Positions 14,165 through 24,800 of a stretch of DNA of 64,000 nt are shown here, piece by piece. The notes beneath the pieces were generated by a model. The model saw only the letters and a program-made list of their open reading frames with translations, was not told where the DNA came from and ran no database searches. This stretch comes from Podarcis melisellensis. Lineage: Eukaryota. Numbering within the stretch: position 1 is the stretch's first letter; each line of letters starts with the position of its first letter. Location: NCBI GenBank assembly GCA_964234715.1, contig OZ174279.1; one strand, given 5' to 3'. Both the position numbers and the translations under genes were made by a program.

Positions 14165-17052
14165 TAGTCCCAGTTGGCTGCTGGAATCTGCCAGCCTTTC
14201 CTCTGCCCCAAAGTAAGTTTCTGGACCTTTGGGAAGGAGAGGCTCATAGGATTGATGAGAGTAGAGTCTGGTTTGTTTTGGGTTTCAGGCAAGGCTGTTC
14301 TTGCCTGATCATGCTTGAGTCTTTGCTTGAAAACTCATGACACCACCACTTCAATGCTTAGTTCAGGGCACTGATAATGACCGTGAAAGCCCTGCATGAC
14401 CCATCTCTGTATTTCATTTAAGTTTAAGAGCATCTAGGAACACAATCTTATATTTACCACCCATGCAACAAATCAGAACTAGCATGCACAGAGGTGTTTT
14501 CCCTGAACTTTAGAACTTCATTTCCCAGGAAAATCCAAGTCAAAGCATCTTCCAGAAACTGGAATTGTTATTCATGTTTATTTTGGGTAGGTTGGGATAG
14601 GCAACATCAGGATTTACAAACTGCAGTCAGGGTTTAACTGAAATATCAATGTAGAACTTGTAATATGGAGCAACCTATAAATTTAATAAAGGTCGTATTT
14701 CTACTGAAAGTATTCTTTACATGATTATTATCATAAATGATATTTAGGTCTCTACACAGAGCCAAATAATAGCTTGATAGGAAGCAGGGGTGTGGTAGCC
14801 TGGTAGAAAAACTCAGAAGCATATTTCTGAGAGGCAACTCTCTTCCAATATTTTTTGCTCCTTTCCGTCAACAGGAGAATTACAGCTCAAAATTTAATTC
14901 CCATTCATTTCTCATGTTGAGTTATAGCACATTAAGGGGGTAGCAACCGACCAATCAAGTTCCAAAAGCAACAAGCATTAAAACAGTTTATTGACAAAAT
15001 AAATTACTATATCCAATCTGTTCCTTTTTTCAATCTAAAAATGGTTGCTTAAAACTGAGAATGCATTTTTAATGTAACAGACATTAGGCAGAGATATATT
15101 TATTATTCAGACACTTGCCAAAATGTAGTTAACCTGTCAACCTGATCCTATACATATACATGCATAGCTGCAACAGCTTGAAATAACAACAGCTGTCAGA
15201 GGCAAATTAAGAGGAGCTGAAGGCCTTACACTAAATCCATTTTGAACCCTCAACTGTTTGAGTCCAAGCCCTCCACTTCCAGCTGGACAAAGCGTAATAA
15301 GCAGTAGCGCACAGCTCTTTCTGCAAATACCTACACTGAGTAGATGAGTACAGTACTTGACAGCAGCACCTAAAACTTTGTAAATAATAAGTTTTGATCA
15401 GTTATCCTTTGGGCACACTGAACCCCATTATGTAAACACATAGAAAGGCAAAGAATATAGAGAAACTGGCCTGAAATGCCAATAGAGTATTACAGATCAC
15501 AACACTGGAATAGTGCAGTAGGTGCTATGAAACATCTTGCACACTCATTCTAGATGTTTAAGACTAATCCTAAATACCTTTGTTCTGCCATGTGTTTTGA
15601 GGTGAGATGATTATGCTATTTCAGTATCAATATTGTAGGCTTACTTCTTTTTCAGTTGTTTTTTTTACATATCCTTTAATGTTAATAAATGTTGCACTTT
15701 TTTGCTATTTTGGGAACCTGCCTTGAATATCCCTTTTGCCTAGAAAGATGGGAAATAAATATTTTAAAAATAAACAGATCTAGTAGCAGCAGCTCATACC
15801 AGCTGGCCTTAGAATCACATCACAGCAAAGCTTTCAAATAACAGTTCTTTTGTTTGCATGGCCCACAACAATTATCAAGTGTACGGATCAAAAATGAAAT
15901 ACAAGACAACCCTAACCTGTACCTAAGCTATGTGGATTATTATATATCAATAACCAAACTCTATTTTTAATATATATAATGTTATTAACAAAGGGAAAGG
16001 CACCCACCCACCCCAAAATGAGAAAAGGCACTTGACTGAAACAAATGCTTCATTACTTAGGATTTTATCTCTGTCACAGTCAGCCCAGGAAGACACTTGT
16101 AGCAGCATTAAAATATACTGTGGAAAAACTGTGTGGAATGGTTTTGTGAACGAACTGCTTTCTGGGACCAGGGCCATAATGTAAGTGACCATTCATAATA
16201 TTGTATGGTTTTACAGGCAATAAGGCCTTCTGGTTTTCCAACATGGAAGCCATAGAGCCCATTGTTAATAGCTCAAAATCAAAGACAATAACAAAGGCTG
16301 CAGTCCTATGCACACTTACCTGGCAGTAAATGCCTGTGAATTCAGTAGCATTACTCCTAAACAAACAGGGATATAGAATCAGGCTCTAAATCTCAGGAGG
16401 ATGATTAGCAAAAACACTTGCTGTGCAATATCTAAAGGCTACTAACTGATAACAGAAGAAAGAAAAAGCAGAAACCAAGATAGAAAAGAAGCTTTCCTAA
16501 TCTCAATGCTTTGAAGCAGGTACAAATGGCAAGAAACATTTTCCATTGAGAAAAAGCCTCAGATGCAAGCAAATTATGCAGAACAGAAGAGCAAATGAAC
16601 CAAGAAGAGCTATGAAGCTTAAATGAATGAAAGTATTGCATTGTCTGCTCCTATATACTACATTTAGGCAAATTCCACATAAACTGACATCAATAAAGCT
16701 GAAACCAGTAAATACAATCCCTCCCCAAGCTTTGCATGGGACAGAACAATACTTTATTAAGCAACTCTTGTTAATACTGATGGTGTGTATTCATAAAAGG
16801 TGTCACATTCAGAGAACAACCCTAAGTATTTGGGGTCAGAATGTTAAAGGTCCTGAGCAATTTGGCCACCTGACAACTTTTGATGTATAAACAAAAAGCC
16901 TACCAGACAGACAAGCTTTCTAATGACAGCTGACACCCACACACCTGTACAAAGGCATCTCTGAAATGTGAACCAGCAGGGGAATTCAGACAGTATGATA
17001 CAATGATGTGTATGTGTGCGTGCGTGTGTGACCTTGAGGGCAAGGTACTCAC

Positions 17053-17103
17053 CTATTATTTCACTTCCTGGTAAAGCAGGTACACCAGTTTTTATTTCAA
17101 TTT
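17053..17103 (-). other. CCDC186: Candidate 51-nt non-coding 5'UTR exon of CCDC186
   Basis: Minus-strand acceptor tccccctctag and strong donor TAG|GTGAGT. No transcript evidence available. Confidence 0.35.
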
Positions 17104-17458
17104 CTAGAGGGGGACTTCAGTCCATCTTTTAGCCAACAATGTGGTTAAAAGAAATGGAAAAAAACAAAAACCTAACACGGAGAAGCAGCCTAGTTTTACT
17201 ATGCTAAGAAATGTTCCGCAGGGAGGGAGGGAGGAAACATGCCGGGAAGCACCTTAGAAGGTTCAGCATCGGGGGCATCGAAACCATTCCAAACTCTGAA
17301 GAAGCAATTGGGCAACAAAACACACCAAGCAAGATCTGCCATCCCCACCCCACTCCTCCTGCCTAGTAACAGGTGCTCTCGCAAGCTACATCAATCCACA
17401 CTGCTTGTGTTTCCAAAAAACCACGTCTGAACACCCGCCCTGCCAGGATAGCTCTTAC

Positions 17459-17770
17459 CAGTTTGCTAGGAAGCTGGAAAGCAGGAGATCTTTGGCGAGC
17501 GCAGCTGCCCTCCCATTGCTAATAGTAACGAGGGGTCGTCCTTCCCTCCTCCCCTTGTTCCTGCTGCAAGCTCCTAAGAGGAACTGAAAGCTGACACATC
17601 AACAAAGATGGCTGCCGCAGACACCAGAGTGGTTTCAGCTGAGAGAGGAGGAGCGGAGGCGGGGCGAGACTTGGTTTATCCGCCTGCAAGGAGGAGGAGA
17701 GAGAGAAGAGAGGGGAGGAAAGAGGGCTCCGGCTCGCGCACCTCGCCTCGCCTCGCCTAACAGCTTGAGT
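17459..17770 (-). other. CCDC186: Candidate non-coding first exon of CCDC186 (5' end approximate)
   Basis: GC-rich segment with a YY1-like motif (17605-17616) and minus-strand donor CTG|GTAAGA at 17453-17458. Confidence 0.35.
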
Positions 17771-18499
17771 CACCAGAAAGCTCTGCAGCCTTTATCATCT
17801 GCCACGGGCGTGCCATTGACAAGAGCAATAGGGAACCGGGAGGGGCAGGGATGGCTCTCCCTGGTACTTGGCTGGGTGCGTCGGTTCAGGTTACCCCCCG
17901 CACGGGGTTCAGGGGATTAGAGCTGCTATTTACTGAGTCAGGCTGCAAAAACTTTCACAGCCCCACCGCCAGAACCGATTGCCTGTTAAATTAAAAAACG
18001 ATTTTATAGTATAAAAAAGGAGGAGGAGGAAGTAGTGTAGCACTGGAGCCTAGCACAAAATCACTGTCATTAATATTGCCCTCGGGTGCGCGCAGTTTGC
18101 GACGTGCAAAAGGCGGTCCATAGAACCACCAGGATGGCGCCTTTGGAAACCTAAATGATGCAGAAAACAGCAGATCCAAGAGATAAAATGTTTTAGAACT
18201 TCCAATATGACGCTTTTTTTTTATTAGCCCCTTCGCACCCAGAACAGGCGGCCGCATTTTGTAGGTTTGGAAAGCTGCAAAAGATGTGAGGCGGGCATGC
18301 GTGCGTCTGCAAAGCAGAAACGGCGCGAACTGCCTTTCGCTCTAACTTCCCTGCAGCCCACACTTCTGGCTTCTCTCCCCCGCGCCGCCGCCCCGCAAGT
18401 CCTTCCCGCTCAGGTTAACCAGAGCGCATTGTGGCCCGCGAGGCAAGCGCATGCGCCCTTGAGATTTCGCGGCAGTTTTCGCGAGGGAGGGGAGTGGTG

Positions 18500-18759
18500 C
18501 GAAGCTAGGCATAAAACTTCGGAGGCCGGCGCACGAGGCGCCCGGAGCGGGGAGAGAGAGCCGGGGAGGCGTCGTCGAGGGCGCTATTTCTTTCCTTTAC
18601 GTGGCGGCAGCGAGCTGAAGCGCGTTTCTAGGCTTCTGGCGGGGTTTCATCGAGGAGAAGGAGCTGGTTTTAAAAGACCTCCTCCCTCCTCGCGTCCAGC
18701 AGCTGTCCTCGTCTCTCCGTCCCCGGGGGCGCAGGGCTGGGAGTAGGAAGGCCTCTCAG
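18500..18759 (+). other. TDRD1: Putative non-coding first exon of TDRD1 (start approximate)
   Basis: Lies in the CpG island downstream of the NRF1/E2F motifs; donor CAG|GTAACG at 18760. Confidence 0.5.
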
Positions 18760-19159
18760 GTAACGCCCGCAGAGGGTCCGCGGCGGTTTGCTGTTTAATT
18801 CGGGGGTGGGGGGACTTGTAGGTCTCCAGGTACTTATGGACTCCCAACCCCTAGGCAGCATTGCCCAGTGGTAGTGCCGGATAAGCTAAACCAGCTATAG
18901 CTTAGGGTCCCACTCTCTTGGGCCCCCCCAAATTTTTTTAAAGGAAAATAACCTGGATTTGCTTTTTCAAAATATAAGATAAAAAACAAATAAAATAAAA
19001 CCTACATACAGCAACAGTGTTTGTGTTGTGTAGGCTCCTATGATGTAATAATGGGTCCATAAATTACCATGTAGCATATATTCAACACAAAAAGTAACAA
19101 TTTGTTGTTGACAAAGGACAGCTGGACATATAAAGGGCCCCATTACCTTCAGTAGCTTA

Positions 19160-19596
19160 AAAGGTAAAGTGGTAAAGGGACCCCTGACAGTTAAGTACAG
19201 TAGTACTTCGGCTTACATACACTTCAGGTTACAAACTCCGCTAACCCAGAAATACAGTGGTACCTTGGGTTAAGAACGTAATTAGTTCTGGAGGTCCGTT
19301 CTTAACCTGAAACTGTTCTTAACCTGAAGTACTTTAGCTAATGGGGCCTCCTGCTGCTGCTGTGCCACCTCTGCATGATTTCTGTTCTCATCCTGAAGCA
19401 AAGTTCTTAACTCGAGGTACTATTTCTGGCTTAGCGGAGTCTGTAACCTGAAGCGTATGTAATCCAAGGTACCACTGTACAGTCACGAACGACTTTGGGG
19501 TTGCGGTTCTCATCTTGCTTTTTACAGGCCAAGGGAGCTGACGTTTGTCTGCTCCGCAGACAGTTTTTCCGGGTCATGTGGCCAGAGCCACCTGCG
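19160..19596 (-). mobile_element. 5'-truncated Sauria SINE interrupted by a MITE
   Basis: Reverse-complement match to the 3' half of the SINE at 28760; 11-bp TSD TCAGTAGCTTA (19149-19159, 19597-19607). Confidence 0.85.
19198..19477. mobile_element. Composite mariner-type MITE (left-end fragment plus inverted full copy at 19255-19477)
   Basis: TIRs and TA TSD; inserted in a Sauria SINE. Confidence 0.85.
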
Positions 19597-21533
19597 TCAG
19601 TAGCTTAGGGCCTCATTAAACCCAAATCCAGCTCTGCCTAATGGTCAGGGGTCGCCGGGAGCTGGGAGTCCAGACGCAGGGAGAGTGCCGGGTTCGTTGT
19701 CCCTGGTTTTAACTGTGAACCCACATCTGCCTTGCCATTGTCGTCCCCCTCCATGCGTGGCTTGTGTAGTAGTTGATATTATGCCACGATCTTTTTTCAC
19801 ATTTATCTGATTTCACTAAATCCTGGTGAAATCAGGTAGCTTGCTTCTGGGTTAAGGTGCTTTGGGTCATTGAGGTGATATTCAGGTTTTACTCAGGGTA
19901 GACCCGCTGAAATTAATGGGCCTGACTTAAGGCATGCTACCCTTACCTGTCCTTGTGAAGAGAGTGCTGAGTGATTGAAGTTCACTAAGCTCTACGGCAT
20001 GCACAGATTTGACTCACCAGTGTGCACTCTGCACGACATAAAATGATCAGGTGGTATTTGGTTAAGGTTAAGGCTCCTGGAAGTTAAAGAACATGACCAA
20101 GTTAGGTTCATTAATCTCAGTAGTCTACACTGAGTAAAGCTTAGTTGCATGCCGGCCAGTTGTTTTAAGATGTGTAGAATGGACATTGGAGGACCGTATC
20201 TATACATGCAGTAGAAGAGTGTTGAGGTGATAAATAAGGTTTTCTTTTAAAGGCTTCTGTATTGTAAAGGAAAAGGAGAGAGAGAGAGATTTTCCTGCAG
20301 GTAGAAAATAAGAACAGCATGGAAAGGACTCTATTAGCAATGCTCTATTGTAAGTTGCCATTTTTCTTGCACAGTTTTCTCTTATTTTAAATAATGAGAA
20401 GGGGATTATCCAAAAGCTGTATCAAGTGGGAGAGATTCAAGAACTATATATTGAAATGAAATTATAGCCCCTGCTATCTTGGGTTTTAATGCATTTTCCC
20501 ACTTATGTGCAGACCTAGCCATATACAAGAGGTGGATCGGTGGAGAGTTAGGAGTACATGTACAGCCCATGTAACAGCCAAGATCTGCTGGTGCAATTGT
20601 GTGGGTTGAGAATCCATCCTTTCCAATTAAAGATTAAACTTTTTTATTTTTTGTAAAGTTGATTTGCAGTATCCAGTCACATTGTGGAAGCATCATCTTC
20701 TGCATTTCTGCTTATCTGCTGATGACTTTTGTCCAAACTTTGATGAACTGGATTGATGCATATAAGCCATTTGACAGCTATGGTGTTCATTGCCTTCTTA
20801 TTAGAAAACAACAGGATAACTGGCTTTATATGCAAGATAGTTTACTGGGAATTGCTGCTAAATGCCACCTCAGGTTCTGCTTTCACTTGTTTCAGCAGGG
20901 ACATTAACACAGCAATGCATACCCCTTTTGTTCTGGGCTGGTTGACTTGAACTGAGTTCCCTGGTCCTCCAGCTGGAACACTGGATCCCAAACTGGTTCC
21001 ACTGCTGTCACATGACTGCATTAGGCCTGATCCAGGATTGATATGTGCCCCAGTTCCATACTGGTGCAACAGTTTACTTCCCCACCCCTTTTACACACTT
21101 CTGGAATGAGTGGCAGGGCTGCAGTTGTGGCACACTGCTCCATTGAGCCCTGCTACCTGGCTGAGTTCTGGATTGTACCAATAAACATCAACATGTGGCT
21201 GTCCCTTGAGGACATGCCCCAAGGCTTCAGGAGTGCTAGCAGTTTTGTTAAATCCCTATTATGATTGTTTGAAGCTAGTGGGAAGACATTAATGCTAAAA
21301 TTGTTTTTTGTATTTTCTGTAGAATAACTTATTTTATTCCACTTTTATTTTTAATAAAAATGAATACAGAAAATTGAATGAAAATTTGCTCAGGACATCT
21401 TGGTCTGGAATATTTAAAAATTCAACACATTTTCTTTTAGCTTCTAATTGCTTTTTATTCTTTTCATCTTCCTCATTGCTAAACAATAACTTTACAGCTG
21501 TCAGGGAATTGTTCTGATACGGATGCGCACAGG

Positions 21534-21801
21534 ATGGCACAAAATCGTTTTATAAGGAATGAAGAACTCAAAATTCAAAATGAATCACTGAAAAGTCCCA
21601 GCACAGGTCCCAACTTCAAAAACTCTTTACCTGAAGAAGATAAAACTTCAAAATACCTCAACAATTTCTCGATTTGTGAGCAGGCTAACATGTTTTTTGA
21701 AACTCGTAGCAGTAATTCAAGTGAAAGCAGTTATGATGGCTGCAATGGTAGCTTTAACAGACAGAGAACCACATCAGAAATGAATGGAGGGGAACTGAGA
21801 G
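21534..21801 (+). CDS. TDRD1: TDRD1 coding exon 1 (MAQNRF...GGELR)
   Basis: Acceptor tttacag (exon start 21498), ATG 21534, phase-1 donor G|GTAGGA. Poorly conserved N-terminus, but the frame joins the downstream exons. Confidence 0.75.
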
Positions 21802-24800
21802 GTAGGAAAATACCTCATTTTAAAATAGTTTTAATACCTTTAATCTTGTGTGTTGCTTTTGCAGTTTCACTTATAGTACTTAAATTGTTTTATTGCTTTC
21901 TTTTTGAAACCTTTGAAAATGGAAATGGCTAGTTGTTCCAATTGTGCACTTCCTCAGCTTTAAAATGTGTATTATATAACAAATGCTTTTCTTCAATAAA
22001 CACTTTTTGTGCTGTGTTTTTACAGTTTTTGTATCGTATGAGCAGTCTCAAGTCATTCCTCGGTCATTTTCCACCCACCACCCACCCATCCAGGCTTCAG
22101 TGTTGAAACTCAGCTGTGCAGAAGGTTAAGTTTTCTTTGATTAGAAAATCAACCATTACTTGTTGATTAGCTGCAACAAGTTAGTAAATATTAAAGGAAG
22201 TATGGAGAAGACAGGAAGTTAGATATATATGTAAGAAGAGTTATTGTCAGAACTTATGAGTTTACTTTTTGTTAATTTTGTATTTTTTTGTAACAAATGA
22301 TGTAAACGCATGGCTTTGTTTTGTTCGTGTCTAAGCAAAATAAAGGGGGGGGAGAGAAAGAAAATCAACCATTACTATAGATGAAAAATTGGAAGCTTTG
22401 TTATCAAATCACTTCTCTGTAAGTGTTAAGAACAATGAGTAGCTATTACTTAACCTTGGCAGTTGCCTTCTTGAGTTCTGTTAACATATGGGCAGCTTTA
22501 AATTATCTCATTATGAGCTTGCTTAGGAATAGTCTACCAACTTTAGGTGGTGGTTAATGTAAATGTTTAATGATTAAGCATTGATTTCATGCTGTGCAAT
22601 ATTGTACTTAGTAAATCCATCTGAATTCAGCGTAACTTACTCCTAATTGTGCATAGCATGCAACTCTAGCTGGTTATCAAGAACCATCCAACTGGGTTAA
22701 TTATTAGAAATGTATCTCCCCTTCTACTACTTCTTGAAAAAACTAGGTCAGATCTAAACATTACTATTCTGTATTGTAGGGAAATCAGAAGCCATGAATG
22801 GCGCCAGTACCTTCCTACCATCCTCAGCAAATGAAATAAATCCTGTGAGTTTGCAAGATTTGAGTCTGAATTTTCCACTGCATGTGTCCTTTAATGCCAG
22901 TTATTTTCAGCTTCCTTTGTTAACCCTGATAGTACATGTGTTTTCCCTTGTGGATGTGATAATAGAATTTGGTGGGGCTGGTTCCATTTCTGTTATTTAT
23001 GTGGCAGTATTTTACTATTTTAAGGCATATAAATGTTGCTCAAACAATTCTAAATGTATATTACAGGTACATGCTTCAGCCTTACAACATGCAAAGCCGA
23101 GAAGACTACAGAGCTCTCCTGACAATACTTTATCAACAGGCTGTGATCAATTACACCGGTCCACATGCCATTTTTGTAGAATGTCTGGTAGGTTTCTGTT
23201 ATCTGATCTGATAGAGCCGTGCAAACTCTTACCTTGCAAATTTAAAAAATAATAATTGAAGTTATGATTTTTTATTATAAATTGCAAAGTGAACTCAAGT
23301 ATCAGTTGAAGCCTGTGTCCTTCATCTACCATAAACTTACTTGGTGTGATCTTAGACAAGCCATCATTTCTCAACCACAACTGAAACATCTGAACAAAAA
23401 TTGTGCATTATGTATGAATGATTACTAGGCAACTGTGTGTAGAGTGCTTTGGATACTGTAAGTAAGATGCATGAAAGAACTTAATTTGCGTACAAATAAA
23501 AATTAACCTATACTTATATTTAATATTTTATCTCAAAAATATCTAAATGTAAGGGTACCTTATCCATGTTGATTAACACCTTACATTTTTTACATGTCAA
23601 TGGAAGGGGGGAATTGATGTTTTCAAAATGATGCTAATGGATAATAAAGATTTTCAAACCTAGAGGCTTAGTATTACAGAATTTTACTATGTCCAGTTGA
23701 CTTTAAAGACCATCAACTTAATGGGAACATAGAAGAAAATCTTGGATACTGAATCAGAAATTGCTGACCACATACTGTAATGTCAACGCTTTGTGTTGCT
23801 GTGTTAATCTCTTTAGGATCCTTGAGATGCACACGGTGTAAGCAGGTCTATTACTGTTCAGTGGAGTGTCAAAGGAAAGACTGGCAAATGCATAGTGTCG
23901 TCTGTAAGCTAGTTAAACATAAGTAAGTTTATACGTTAAATTTATCCTCCCTCTGATAACTGGATTTGTATCTGTTTCCCTATAGACATCTGATTGGCTA
24001 CTAGACGGGCTGGACTTGATGGGCATTTGATCTGATCCAGCAGGGCTGCTCTTGTTTATATAGCTCCCGTTAGTGGTCATGTTTCAGAAAGAGGAGCATA
24101 TTTAAGCAGACCTCTGCTCATATTTTAGATGAATACATAGGTTCCCATTCAGATCATGATGCTCAAGCACTATGTGTGAATTAGCATGTACACTCATACC
24201 TCGGGTTGAAGTTGCTTCAGGTTGAGCACTTTCGGGTTGCTCTCCGCGGTGACCTGGAAGTAACGTAACGCGTTACTTCAGGGTTTTGCCGCATGCGCAG
24301 ACGCGGCGAATCGCAACCCACACAGACGTGGGTTGCATTCGCTTCTGGATGTGAATGGGGCTCCGGAACGGATCCCGTTCGTATCCAGAGGTACCACTGT
24401 ACATTTAGGGCCACCACGGATTTTATGTGACTAAATACAAGGAACTACAGCATGATCTTGCAACTTAAGCTATCTCACAGGGTTGTTTTGATGATAAATT
24501 GGGAAATAAACCATGTTATTTGCAGCATCTTGAGGTCCTTGGAAGAAAGCTCAGGTCTCAATTCGATATTATTTAGTTATTTATTTAATTGATTTTTATT
24601 CATTTTATACACCACCCTTTATCAAAAGATCCCAGGGCAGTATACAACATTAAGAACATATTTTATGGAGCATCAATAACAAAAACATAATAAAAAGCAT
24701 AATAGCAGACAGCATAATTAAAAAAACATAATAATAAAATGTTCATAATAACAGTACTCCCCACCTCACCACCACAGCTTTAACAGGCCATAGATTATTT

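Larger units (their letters stand above)
17430..18800. promoter_or_regulatory. CpG-rich divergent promoter region of CCDC186 and TDRD1
   Basis: High CpG/GC density between head-to-head genes. NRF1-like GCGCATGCGC 18447-18456, E2F-like TTCCCGC 18403-18409 and TTTCGCGG near 18465-18472, GC box near 17658, YY1-like motifs. Confidence 0.8.
18872..19636. mobile_element. Non-autonomous hAT element hosting the nested SINE and MITE
   Basis: Degenerate 11-bp TIR (TAGTGCCGGAT / ATCCAGCTCTG); 8-bp TSD CCCAGTGG / CCTAATGG. Confidence 0.65.

Noticed and set aside
18267-18746. 159-aa ORF as a protein gene
   Set aside because: Non-ATG start; Arg/Ala/Gly/Pro-rich product of a stop-poor CpG island.
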